From Collimonas sp. (GTDB lineage Bacteria; Pseudomonadota; Gammaproteobacteria; Burkholderiales; Burkholderiaceae_D): a DNA stretch of 64,000 nucleotides. Made by a program: the position numbers and the translations under genes. The DNA lies in the NCBI RefSeq assembly GCF_039923675.1, contig NZ_JBDTCG010000015.1, positions 14,098 through 78,097 of the forward strand, given 5' to 3'. The notes below the pieces were generated by a model that had not been told where the DNA came from, did no database searches, and saw only the letters and a program-made list of their open reading frames with translations. Of the stretch, positions 37,215 to 46,259 are shown one piece after another; positions within the stretch are counted from its first letter, which is position 1; each line of letters opens with the position of its first letter.

Positions 37215-39197
37215 TTATTTATGCTCTTCTTCCTTCTTGCCGGAATGCCCATTGCCGCCATCGTGATGCACCTCGTGATTTTGCTGCGGGGCCGGATGCG
37301 GCGCCTGCGGTTGTGGTTGTGGACGGGCTTGCGGTTCCGGCCGCGCCTGCGGTTGTGGTTGCGGGCGGGCTTGTGGTTCCGGCCGCGCCTGCGGTTGTGG
37401 TTGCGAACGGGCTTGTGGTTCCGGCCGCGCCTGCGGTTGTGGTTGCGGGCGGGCTTGTGGTTCCGGCCGCGCCTGCGGTTGTGGTTGCGGGCGGTTGAAG
37501 GCAGGCGCAGGAGCGGGCGCAGGCCGGCTCATTTCCTGATGCATCTGCTGGCCACCGTTAGGCCTGTTCTCGAATTGCTGAGGTGGCCGGTTTTGCACGT
37601 TTTGCGGTGCCGGCTGTGGCTTGGCCATCGGCGCAGGGGCCGGAGCCTGATGGTTCAATTCAGGCCGCGGCTGGTTGCCGCCGAACGGATGCTGGTTCAA
37701 ATTCACCGGCGGCCTTTCACCCTCAAGATTTCTTTGCATGGCGGGGGTGTGGCTCTGGGCATTTTGCTGCAACTGGTTCGGCAGCGGATGGCCATTCTGT
37801 CCCGGCTGGCCAAAACCCGGCCGCGCCAGCTGGTTGGCGTTGGCCGTGGCCGACGGGCCGCTCACTTGCGGCACCTTGCCGAAGTTAGGCCGTGTCATGT
37901 TGTTGAAATCCGGCCGCGCATGAGGCTGCTGTGGCGCGCCCGCAAATGGCGCTGCGTTCGGGCCCGGATGGGCTTGCTGCGAGTTGCCTTGCGCTTGCTG
38001 CGAGTTGCCTTGCGCTTGCTGCGGATTGCCTTGCGCTGCAAAGTTCGGCCGGGCTGTGGCGAAATTGGCAGCGCCGCCGCCCGGTTGGCCGCCCGGACCG
38101 CGATTAGGCAAGGCTTGGTTGTTCGCCTGGCCCGGGCCGAAATTATTTCGCGTGTTGTTGTTGATGACGGTGCTGTTGTTGTAATTGTTGGTCACGCGGT
38201 TGACGATCGTGGTGGAACGCGACACATAGGTGTTGTTGTTGTACACCACCGCCGGCCGGTGCCAGCGCCCACCGCCATCACCGTCACCGCCATTCCAGTT
38301 GCCGCCGCCACCGCCGCCACCCCAGTGAACACCCCAGGAATTCCAGCCTCCGCTGTGGTGATCGATCAGTGCTCCCACGGCAATCCCCAGGCCGAAAGTC
38401 AGCACGCCGGCCGTGACGATTTCGCCAGGCGGATAGTAAGCCGGCGGCGGTTCATAAGCATAACCGGGATAGACAGGCAACGGCTCGCCATAGACCACGC
38501 CCGGATTATAGGCTGGCACGTACACCATATCGGGTTCGGCCGGTTCTATCACATAGGTTTGCGGCGGCGGCGGAATCATTTCCGGTCCGTCATAGATCAG
38601 CGGTTCGTTCGGCGGCGGCGCGTAGCCGCTCGGCGGCTCGAGCTGCACCCGCGGCGCCACGGCAATCCGCTGCTGCTTGTTGTTCTTCAGGTTACCGCTG
38701 GCGGCTGCGCGCTGGCGCATCACCTGGATCGCGTTCATGACGTCGGTCGGATCGTTGACATAGGCGTCGCCGAGGGCTGAAGTCCAGGGAATATTGTGCG
38801 CCATCTGGTCCAGCACGCTAGGAAACTGGGTCAAGCCTTTGACGCTGACATCCCATGGCTGTTGATTGGCGGCGTCCTGCAGCTGGCTGCCTTTCAGGTT
38901 TTTGTTTTGCGCCTGCCAACTGTCGGCGGCGGTGATCTGCTCGGGATAGCTGGATGCGGCCAGCACCTGCGCCACCAGTTTGTCCGGGAACAAGGCAATC
39001 GGTCCGACCAGCTGGTACAGCTGGTCGGCGGTTGGCGGCACATAGGCAGGCGCGGCTTGCGCCTGAGGGACTGGCGCTGGCGGCACGGATGCCTGTGCGG
39101 GGGTGTCGAGTTTCTTGTCACAACCGGCAAGCGATAGCAGCGCCACACAAATGGAAGCACCGAGCAGCAAGGACTTGGAATTTTTATTGTTGGTCAT
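37215..39197 (-). CDS. DUF3300-family lipoprotein with long low-complexity Gly/Asn/Gln/Pro C-terminal half
   Basis: Lipobox LSLAGC. The N-terminal ~180 aa (LVGPIALFPDKLVAQVLAASSYPEQI...WQA...) are typical of DUF3300. The C-terminal half contains G-runs, QGNxQQA x3 and a 14-aa PQ-rich repeat x4.6. Confidence 0.75.
   Translation of the reverse strand: MTNNKNSKSLLLGASICVALLSLAGCDKKLDTPAQASVPPAPVPQAQAAPAYVPPTADQLYQLVGPIALFPDKLVAQVLAASSYPEQITAADSWQAQNKNLKGSQLQDAANQQPWDVSVKGLTQFPSVLDQMAHNIPWTSALGDAYVNDPTDVMNAIQVMRQRAAASGNLKNNKQQRIAVAPRVQLEPPSGYAPPPNEPLIYDGPEMIPPPPQTYVIEPAEPDMVYVPAYNPGVVYGEPLPVYPGYAYEPPPAYYPPGEIVTAGVLTFGLGIAVGALIDHHSGGWNSWGVHWGGGGGGGNWNGGDGDGGGRWHRPAVVYNNNTYVSRSTTIVNRVTNNYNNSTVINNNTRNNFGPGQANNQALPNRGPGGQPGGGAANFATARPNFAAQGNPQQAQGNSQQAQGNSQQAHPGPNAAPFAGAPQQPHARPDFNNMTRPNFGKVPQVSGPSATANANQLARPGFGQPGQNGHPLPNQLQQNAQSHTPAMQRNLEGERPPVNLNQHPFGGNQPRPELNHQAPAPAPMAKPQPAPQNVQNRPPQQFENRPNGGQQMHQEMSRPAPAPAPAFNRPQPQPQARPEPQARPQPQPQARPEPQARSQPQPQARPEPQARPQPQPQARPEPQARPQPQPQAPHPAPQQNHEVHHDGGNGHSGKKEEEHK
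37301..37492. repeat. 42-bp tandem repeat, ~4.6 copies, in-frame within the DUF3300 gene
   Basis: Unit gcgcctgcggttgtggttgcgggcgggcttgtggttccggcc starts at 37301, 37343, 37385, 37427 and 37469 (partial). Encodes (RPEPQARPQPQPQA)n on the minus strand. Confidence 0.9.
37974..38036. repeat. 21-bp tandem repeat, 3 copies, in-frame within the DUF3300 gene
   Basis: ttgctgcgagttgccttgcgc x3, with 1-2 substitutions in the third copy. Encodes QGN(S/P)QQA repeats. Confidence 0.9.
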
Positions 39198-39474
39198 TTT
39201 TTACTCCATACAACGGGAATGGATAGTGTTTACAAGCTAGCACGGCAATTTGTATCGACTACAATGGGTTACAAACTATTGCATGTCTAACAAAATACTC
39301 ACGAGCAGCGAGACTTGGCAATATCACGGGTTAACGCCTGCTTGCCCGATCCCGATGACACGCGCTGTGGCATGTGGCGCTCCCGTGAATTTGAAATTGA
39401 TAAAGCAACAATCGCCTGATCCGGAGGATACTTGTCGGATTGAACCTTTTGGCATCGCCTATCATCCCAAAACC

Positions 39475-41496
39475 ATGACTACATCCAAATTTCGTTCGGC
39501 GAGACTTTTTTTATGGTCGTTTACGGCGCTCGCAATGTTGCTTGCCGTGTGCACGGCGCTGCTCCTCACCTTCGACTGGAACCGCGCCAAGCCGTGGCTG
39601 AATGCGAAAGTCAGCGAGGCTACCGGTCGGCCATTTGCGATTCGCGGCGATTTGTCGCTGACCTGGCAAAAATCGCAGACCGACCCGGATAGCTGGCGGC
39701 GCTGGGTGCCGTGGCCGCGCCTGAGCGCGAAAGACGTCGTGCTGGACAATCCCGCCTGGGCCAAGACCGGGCCGCACACGGCGGAAATCGGCCAGCTGAC
39801 GTTTTCGTTGAGCCCTCTGCCGCTGCTGGCGCACCGTATTATGGTGCCGTCCCTGGAACTGGATTCGCCGACGGTCGCGCTGGAGCGCAAAGCGGATGGC
39901 GAGAATAACTGGACCGTCAAGTCGAACGGGCCTTCAGCCTGGCAGCTGGAACTGCAAAAACTGATACTGGCCAAAGGCACGGTGCGCTTGCTGGACCCGA
40001 TCAGCAAGGTCGATATCAGGGCCGATGTCGACAGTTTGCCGGCCACCAGCGCGGAAGGTTACGGCATCGGCTGGAAAGTCAGCGGTACGTTTAATAAAGC
40101 GGCGGTCAGCGGCGACGGCAAGGCTGGAGCTGTGCTGTCTCTGCAAAACAGTAGCACACCATTTCCACTGCAGGCCAATGTCCGGATCGGCAAGACCGCG
40201 ATTGGCATTAAAGGGACGCTGACCAAGCCGAGCGATCTGGCTGCGCTCGACCTGCGCCTGAAACTGTCGGGCGCCAGCATGTCCAACCTGTATCCGCTGA
40301 CCGGCATCGTGCTGCCGGCGACGCCGCCGTTTTCTACCGAGGGCCGGCTGATCGGCAAGCTCGCCAGCGGCGGCGGTGACTGGACTTACGAAAAATTCAG
40401 CGGCCGCGTCGGCTCCAGCGACTTATCGGGAACGCTGGAATATGTCGCGCAAAAACCGCGGCCTTTGTTGAAAGGTACGCTGCTTTCCAACCAGCTCAAG
40501 CTGGAAGACCTGGCGCCGCTGATCGGCGCCGACTCGAACGCCAGCAAGGCCAATCGTGGCGACGGCGCGGCACAACCCAGCAACAAAGTGCTGCCGGTGG
40601 AACAGTTCGATACTACGCGCTGGGGCAGCATCGACGCCGACGTCAAGTTCACCGGACGCAAGATCGTCCGCGGCAAGGAATTGCCGATCCAGGACCTGGT
40701 CGCCGATCTGCATCTGAAAGACAGCGTGCTGTCCTTTACCCCATTGAATTTCGGCGTGGCGGGCGGCAATCTGGTTTCCACCATCAAACTGGATGGCAAC
40801 AACAAGCAGATCAAGGCGGAAATGAAGATTTCGGCGCGTCACCTGAAGATCAAGCAGTTGTTTCCAACCTTTGAATCGGCCCAGGCCAGCCTGGGTGAAG
40901 TCAACGGCGATGCGTCCCTGAGCGGTGTAGGCAATTCGGTGGCGACATTGCTTGGTACCTCGAATGGCGAACTGAAGACGCTGATCGACCATGGCACCAT
41001 CAGTAAATTCCTGTTGGAGGCCGCCGGCCTGAATATCGGCAATGTCTTGATCAGCAAGCTGTTCGGCGACAAGCAGGTCAAGCTGAATTGCCTGGCCAGC
41101 GACTTTGCAGTGACAAACGGTGTGATGAACGCCCGCACTTTCGTGATGGATACCGAGGACGCGGTCATCAATGTCCAGGGCCAGGTCAACCTGGCGCAGG
41201 AGACGCTGGCGCTGCTGGTCAAGCCGGAATCCAAGGGCATGCGGATTTTCTCGCTCAGATCACCGCTGCACGTCACTGGCAGCTTTAAAAATCCCGACGT
41301 GGGGGTGGACAAGGGTGTGCTGGCCTTGAAGGCTGGCGGCGCGATTGCGCTGGGTGTGCTGGCGCCGGTGGCGGCGGTGATCCCCTTGATCAATGTCACG
41401 CCTGCACCCGAAAACGATTGTGCCGCGCTACTGGCGCAGGCGAAACAGAAACCGGTGGCGCCGCCCCCTGGTAAAACCAGCCGTCCCAAGAAATAG
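39475..41496 (+). CDS. AsmA-family outer-membrane biogenesis protein
   Basis: MTTSKFRSARLFLWSFTALAMLLAV N-terminal anchor, then FDWNRAKPWLNAKVSEATGRPFAIRGDLSL (AsmA N-domain) and an AsmA_2-like C-terminal region. Start re-picked at ATG 39475. Confidence 0.8.
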   Translation: MTTSKFRSARLFLWSFTALAMLLAVCTALLLTFDWNRAKPWLNAKVSEATGRPFAIRGDLSLTWQKSQTDPDSWRRWVPWPRLSAKDVVLDNPAWAKTGPHTAEIGQLTFSLSPLPLLAHRIMVPSLELDSPTVALERKADGENNWTVKSNGPSAWQLELQKLILAKGTVRLLDPISKVDIRADVDSLPATSAEGYGIGWKVSGTFNKAAVSGDGKAGAVLSLQNSSTPFPLQANVRIGKTAIGIKGTLTKPSDLAALDLRLKLSGASMSNLYPLTGIVLPATPPFSTEGRLIGKLASGGGDWTYEKFSGRVGSSDLSGTLEYVAQKPRPLLKGTLLSNQLKLEDLAPLIGADSNASKANRGDGAAQPSNKVLPVEQFDTTRWGSIDADVKFTGRKIVRGKELPIQDLVADLHLKDSVLSFTPLNFGVAGGNLVSTIKLDGNNKQIKAEMKISARHLKIKQLFPTFESAQASLGEVNGDASLSGVGNSVATLLGTSNGELKTLIDHGTISKFLLEAAGLNIGNVLISKLFGDKQVKLNCLASDFAVTNGVMNARTFVMDTEDAVINVQGQVNLAQETLALLVKPESKGMRIFSLRSPLHVTGSFKNPDVGVDKGVLALKAGGAIALGVLAPVAAVIPLINVTPAPENDCAALLAQAKQKPVAPPPGKTSRPKK

Positions 41497-41513
41497 ATTC
41501 CGGTCCTGCCAGC

Positions 41514-41540
41514 GCCCGGCCGTTCTCGCAACGGCCGGGC
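41514..41540. terminator. GC-rich hairpin between convergent genes; possible terminator but no strong T-run
   Basis: gcccggccgtt-ctcgc-aacggccgggc. Confidence 0.4.
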
Positions 41541-41549
41541 CTGCAAATT

Positions 41550-42851
41550 TCAATCCAGTCCGTCAAACGCCGCGTCGTCCGGCCCCACATGGTGCGGCGA
41601 GCGCCAGGTGACGTCACGCATCGAGTGCTGCACCTGGTTTTCCACTCCTAGCAAGGTTGCAAAAATCGCCATTCTTACCGGAATTCCGTTGTCGGTCTGG
41701 CGGAATATGGCCAGGCGCGGGTCGTGGTTGAGGTCTGTGCTGAGATCGTTGGCTCCCGGGCGGCCGTCGCGCGGTAGCGGATGCATGACGATGGTGTCGG
41801 CGCTGCAGGTGGCGTCGATCAGTGTCTGGTTGATCTGGAAGTCCGGTGTGTAGCCTTCGATTGCCTCGTCGGCAAAGCGTTCTTTCTGGATCCGGGTGGC
41901 GTAGACGATATCCGCGCCTTTCAAACCATGCGCCAACGAGGTCGAGGTTTCCACCACATGGCCGCCGCGGGCGATGCGCTCAAGGATATGTGCCGGCATC
42001 TCCAGGCCGGTCGGCGCAATCAGCGTGAACCGGAGACCGCGGTACAGCGCCAGCAGCTTGATCAGCGAATGCACCGTGCGGCCGTACTTGAGATCGCCGG
42101 CCATGACGATGTGAGCGCCGTCGACCAGCCTGCCCAACCGGGAAAACTCACGCTGGATGGTGTACAGGTCGAGAATTGCCTGGCTCGGATGCTCACCGGG
42201 CCCGTCGCCACCATTGATCACCGGGATATTGGTGGCGCGGGCGAATTCGTCGACCGCGCCTTGCTCCGGATGCCGCACTACCAACGCGTCGACATAGCCG
42301 CTGATGACGCGGCTGGTGTCGTAAATCGATTCTCCCTTGGTCATCGATGAGAACGTAAACCCGGTGGTATCGCACACCGAGCCACCCAGCCGGCAAAAAG
42401 CCGCGCCAAAGCTGATACGCGTGCGCGTGCTGGCTTCAAAGAACAAATTGGCTAGTACGGCACCCTCGAGGATGCGCGAGACCTTCTGGCGCCTTGCAAT
42501 GGGCTGCATGATGTCGGCGATGCGAAACAGCTCTTCCAGCGAATCACGTGAAAATTGATCCACCGAGAGTAGTTGTGGCTTGCCGTCGCGGCCGATGCGC
42601 GAGTGGAGAGGTGCATTGGGATCGGGCATATATACGCTCTGCGTATCGCCTGATCCAGCTACGCCGCCTTGCAGTATTTCATTGACAAATTTGGTCACAA
42701 TATCCGGCATGACCCTGAATTCACCTGATGTTTCAGGCAGCAGCCAGGTATCCAGCGCACGTTTTCTAATACCGATCCTGTCCGAGAAATTTTCCCGGGT
42801 CAGGTTCAGGCGACGCATGGCGTCGCGAAGAAATGTCTGCTGATCGATCAT
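41550..42851 (-). CDS. aspartate carbamoyltransferase catalytic-chain paralogue with ~110-aa N-terminal extension
   Basis: Complete ATCase motif set: FFEASTRTRISF (STRTR), TKGESIYDT, VVRHP, NGGDGPGEHPSQAILD, GDLKYGRTVHS, HPLPR, and the RMAIFATLLG region. Start at MIDQQ (ATG 42851) with AAGGAG 6 nt upstream. The N-terminal segment LTRENFSDRIGIRKRALDTWLLPE looks like an XRE-type HTH. Confidence 0.8.
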   Translation of the reverse strand: MIDQQTFLRDAMRRLNLTRENFSDRIGIRKRALDTWLLPETSGEFRVMPDIVTKFVNEILQGGVAGSGDTQSVYMPDPNAPLHSRIGRDGKPQLLSVDQFSRDSLEELFRIADIMQPIARRQKVSRILEGAVLANLFFEASTRTRISFGAAFCRLGGSVCDTTGFTFSSMTKGESIYDTSRVISGYVDALVVRHPEQGAVDEFARATNIPVINGGDGPGEHPSQAILDLYTIQREFSRLGRLVDGAHIVMAGDLKYGRTVHSLIKLLALYRGLRFTLIAPTGLEMPAHILERIARGGHVVETSTSLAHGLKGADIVYATRIQKERFADEAIEGYTPDFQINQTLIDATCSADTIVMHPLPRDGRPGANDLSTDLNHDPRLAIFRQTDNGIPVRMAIFATLLGVENQVQHSMRDVTWRSPHHVGPDDAAFDGLD

Positions 42852-43019
42852 TCGCTTCTCCTTTATATACGCTTTGCGTACATTAAAGGATCGCATTTCA
42901 CTTGCCTAGATTTTTCTCTTGCCGTTGCACTGCTCATTTTTTGTGCAGTTTACTAATTTCATGAACACTGAATTATTTATTGCTTTAAAAACATTATAAA
43001 TGTGCTGTTTTTGCCATTT

Positions 43020-43230
43020 TGTGGATAAGGCTGTGGACATCCTGTTTTCTCATTGTGGATATCGTACTTAGTTTTCCACCGGCGACTTTTTATCCAAGAA
43101 TTATTCTTATTCGATACACCGATTACCAAGCGTTTATCCAGGCAGTAAGTCATTGAATGAACGGTCAAATTTCTGGTTATCCACAGAAAAACAGGGTGTT
43201 AACTACTATTACTATTTATATATATAAATC
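43020..43230. repeat. copy A of a ~211-bp DnaA-box module
   Basis: Contains tgtggataa (43020-28, perfect, reverse), tgtggacat, tgtggatat, TTATCCAAG (43090-98), TTATCCAGG (43134-42) and TTATCCACA (43177-85, perfect). Ends in ctactattactatttatatatataaatc. The last 141 bp (43090-43230) align without gaps at roughly 80-85% identity, judged by eye, to 43478-43618. Confidence 0.85.
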
Positions 43231-43406
43231 TTTAACTACAAAACCGAAAAGCTTTTTCTGTTGAAGTTGCTTTAAAAAAAAGAATTTTAAAAATGAAGTT
43301 AAAAAAACAATTTTTTCAGAAAATTGTTTTTTTAAGAACGGGCTTTGGTAAATCAAGGAAAGAAATTGCAAAGAAAGTTGAGATTAAAGAGATGCAGAAA
43401 TACAAC

Positions 43407-43618
43407 TGTGGATAAGTCTTTGGATAACTATAGGAATCCAATGTGCATAAGCGAAGCAGTTATGCACAACCTTATTTTTATCCAAGAAATGTTCTTTCCA
43501 GATACAAGGTTTACTCAGCGCTTATCCAAGCTGTAAGTGATTGAATGAATAGTCAAATGTAGACTTATCCACAGAAAAGCAGGGCGTTAACTACTACTAC
43601 TATTTATATATATAAATC
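43407..43618. repeat. copy B of the ~211-bp DnaA-box module
   Basis: Contains tgtggataa (43407-15, perfect, reverse), tttggataa (43419-27), tgtgcataa/TTATGCACA inverted pair (43442-50 and 43460-68), TTATCCAAG (43478-86), TTATCCAAG (43522-30) and TTATCCACA (43565-73, perfect). Ends in ctactactactatttatatatataaatc. Confidence 0.85.
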
Positions 43619-43693
43619 AGTAAACGTAAACACGAAGAGCCCAGAAATCTGGAAACAGGGGGGGATTACCCCCTAAAACCAGCTTTCAGAAGA

Positions 43694-44581
43694 TCAGTTT
43701 TTCCAAATTGTTTCCAATATGGCGAATACAGCGGCAATCACCGGTTCTTCTTTACGTTTATCCAGTGTAATAAACGAAAGTTCTGTGGATAAATTGACCG
43801 TATCGGAAATGACCAAGCCATGCGCATGGGCTTCGCGTAATGCAATTGATTCTCTGACAAGAGAAAGCCCGACGCCGGATTTCACCAGATCGAGCATTGA
43901 TGGTTCCTGGTCAACCAAGGCAACTTTATTCGGCGTAACTTTATATTGTGCAAACGTTTTACTGAGTAAGCGATGATGCGCCGACTCCGGCGGGGTCCAG
44001 ATCCAGGGCAATTTTGCCAAAGCCGGCCAGTCTTTTCCGGAAATCCGACTTTTCCAACCCGATGGTGCAAGCACGCAGTAAGTAAACTGTGTCAGTGTGA
44101 GCCGGTGAAAATTCTTATTTGGCGTACCTAGGTAGTAGCCGACATCGAGGCGGCCGGACTTGATTTGCTGCAAAACATCTCCTGACATGCTGTGCTGCAA
44201 TTGTGTAGAAAGCTGTGGATAACTTTCCACCAGACGCTGGAGAAAAGCGCCAAGCCGGATAAATTCAGGGTCGAGAATGGTGCCGATGGCGAGTTTTCCA
44301 CTCAGTATTTTAGAGTTGCTTGGATGTAAGCTGGCGGCCTGTTGGCGCAGTTCAGACATGACCGCAATCGCACGTTCGGCAAAAGGCAGTAACTTGACGC
44401 CTTCATCGGTCAACGCCATGCCACTGGGGATGCGGGTGAACAATTGCAGGTTCAAACTAGTTTGCAGCGATTTGATTTGCAGGCTGACAGCCGGCTGGGT
44501 GACATGCAGCAATTCTGCTGCGCGCGTCAGATTTCCCTCACGGGCGACCGTGACGAAGGCGAGAAGTTGGATGAGGTCCAT
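43694..44581 (-). CDS. LysR-family transcriptional regulator (MmsR-like by context)
   Basis: MDLIQLLAFVTVAREGNLTRAAELLHVTQPAVSLQIKSLQ HTH. Divergent from mmsA. Confidence 0.9.
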   Translation of the reverse strand: MDLIQLLAFVTVAREGNLTRAAELLHVTQPAVSLQIKSLQTSLNLQLFTRIPSGMALTDEGVKLLPFAERAIAVMSELRQQAASLHPSNSKILSGKLAIGTILDPEFIRLGAFLQRLVESYPQLSTQLQHSMSGDVLQQIKSGRLDVGYYLGTPNKNFHRLTLTQFTYCVLAPSGWKSRISGKDWPALAKLPWIWTPPESAHHRLLSKTFAQYKVTPNKVALVDQEPSMLDLVKSGVGLSLVRESIALREAHAHGLVISDTVNLSTELSFITLDKRKEEPVIAAVFAILETIWKN

Positions 44582-44732
44582 GTGCTTAAATTTTAATCGT
44601 GACGGATTCGTTATTAGTATTTCTTATAATGCTGTTGATCATAACTCATTGGATTGTTGGCGTGGCTAACGATATTCTGGGCAAAAAATAATACAGATCA
44701 AATTCAACCCAGACCCAACCAAAGGAATCCTT

Positions 44733-46259
44733 ATGACCACATCATCAAGCTCCACCCCCCTGATTCAGCATTACATCAATGGCAAAGTGACGGAATCGGC
44801 CAGCGGCCGCCAACAAGATGTTTTCAATCCGGCGACTGGCGCGGTTTCCGCCAGAGTTGTGTTGGGCAGTGTTGAAGAAGTGAACGCAGCGGTAGCCGCA
44901 GCATCGGCGGCAGCGCCCGCTTGGGCTGATACGGCACCGCTGAAGCGTGCGCGGGTGATGTTCAAGTTCAAGGAGTTGATGGAGCAACATCACGATGCGT
45001 TGGCAGCGGCGATCACGCGTGAACATGGCAAGGTGTTTTCCGACGCTAAAGGAGAGGTTACACGCGGTATTGAAATCGTTGAATTTGCATGCGGCGCTCC
45101 GCAACTGTTGAAAAGTCAGTTTACCGACAATATCGGCGGCGGCATCGATAACTGGAACCTGCGTCAGCCTCTCGGCGTTACCGTCGGCATTACGCCTTTC
45201 AATTTTCCGGTGATGGTGCCGTTGTGGATGGCGCCGATGGCGATTGCGACTGGCAATACCTTTATCTTGAAACCATCGGAACGCGACCCCTCGGCATCGC
45301 TGATGATGGCTGATCTGTTTAAGCAGGCCGGTTTGCCGGATGGTGTATTCAATGTGGTGCAGGGCGACAAGCTGGCGGTGGATACTTTGTTGCAGCATCC
45401 GGATGTCAAGGCGGTGTCGTTTGTCGGTTCGACGCCGATTGCAGAATATATTTACCAGGAAGGCGCCAAGCGCAAAGGTGCGTATCCACTGAGAGTGCAA
45501 GCGTTGGGCGGCGCCAAGAATCACCTGGTGGTGATGCCGGATGCGGATCTGGATCAGGCTGTCGATGCCTTGATGGGCGCGGCCTATGGTTCAGCCGGCG
45601 AACGTTGCATGGCGATTTCGGTTGCTGTCGCGGTGGGTAATGTTGCAGACAAATTGATTGCGGCATTGATCCCTCGCGTGAAGGCTTTGAAGATCAAGAA
45701 CGGAATGGAAGCCGATGCGGAAATGGGGCCGGTGGTCACTGCCGTGCATAAGGAAAAAATCGAAGGCTATATCGAGGGCGGCGTTGCTGCCGGCGCCAAG
45801 TTGCTGGTCGATGGGCGTGGCTTGAAAGTGCCTGGTCTCGAACAAGGTTTCTTCCTCGGCGGATCGCTGTTCGATCAGGTCACGCCGGAAATGAAAATCT
45901 ATCAGGAAGAGATTTTCGGTCCGGTTCTGTGCATCGTGCGGGTGCCAGATTTTGCCTCCGCCGTGAACCTGATCAACGCCCATGAATTCGGTAATGGCGT
46001 TGCGCTGTTTACTTCGGATGGCAATACCGCGCGCGAGTTTTCACGGCGGGTGGAAGCTGGCATGGTGGGCGTCAATGTGCCGATTCCTGTGCCGATGGCA
46101 TGGCACTCGTTCGGTGGCTGGAAGCGCTCATTGTTTGGCGATGCGCATGCCTATGGCGAAGAAGGCGTGCGTTTTTATACGCGCTACAAATCGATTATGC
46201 AGCGCTGGCCGCAGACGATTTCCAAGGGCGCGGAGTTCACCATGCCGGTCGCTAAATAA
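44733..46259 (+). CDS. mmsA: CoA-acylating methylmalonate-semialdehyde dehydrogenase
   Basis: 508 aa with strong MmsA character (HYINGK..., [24 protein letters not shown], catalytic GERCMA). Confidence 0.9.
   Translation: MTTSSSSTPLIQHYINGKVTESASGRQQDVFNPATGAVSARVVLGSVEEVNAAVAAASAAAPAWADTAPLKRARVMFKFKELMEQHHDALAAAITREHGKVFSDAKGEVTRGIEIVEFACGAPQLLKSQFTDNIGGGIDNWNLRQPLGVTVGITPFNFPVMVPLWMAPMAIATGNTFILKPSERDPSASLMMADLFKQAGLPDGVFNVVQGDKLAVDTLLQHPDVKAVSFVGSTPIAEYIYQEGAKRKGAYPLRVQALGGAKNHLVVMPDADLDQAVDALMGAAYGSAGERCMAISVAVAVGNVADKLIAALIPRVKALKIKNGMEADAEMGPVVTAVHKEKIEGYIEGGVAAGAKLLVDGRGLKVPGLEQGFFLGGSLFDQVTPEMKIYQEEIFGPVLCIVRVPDFASAVNLINAHEFGNGVALFTSDGNTAREFSRRVEAGMVGVNVPIPVPMAWHSFGGWKRSLFGDAHAYGEEGVRFYTRYKSIMQRWPQTISKGAEFTMPVAK

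Larger units (their letters stand above)
42897..43693. other. AT-rich non-coding region with clustered DnaA boxes: candidate oriC or DnaA-binding locus
   Basis: Four perfect TTATCCACA 9-mers and at least 8 one- or two-mismatch boxes in 0.6 kb. (TA)n/A+T tracts. No credible ORF. Confidence 0.55.

Noticed and set aside
37301-37492. Regular 42-bp repeats that could superficially look like a CRISPR array.
   Set aside because: The units are directly abutting with no unique spacers. They are in-frame inside a long ORF and encode a PQ-rich peptide repeat. No cas genes are nearby.
37221-38780. 519-aa plus-strand ORF and 37166..37498 ORF full of LRLWLR and VVPAAPAVVVAG repeats.
   Set aside because: Mirror image of the repeat-rich DUF3300 gene on the other strand. 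It has no start context. The DUF3300 N-domain and lipobox identify the minus strand as coding.
42977-43536. 63-aa ORFs (42977..43168 minus, 43345..43536 plus) inside the AT-rich DnaA-box gap.
   Set aside because: Lys/Asn/Ile-rich translations typical of AT-rich non-coding DNA, with no SD. They span the DnaA boxes and repeat modules.
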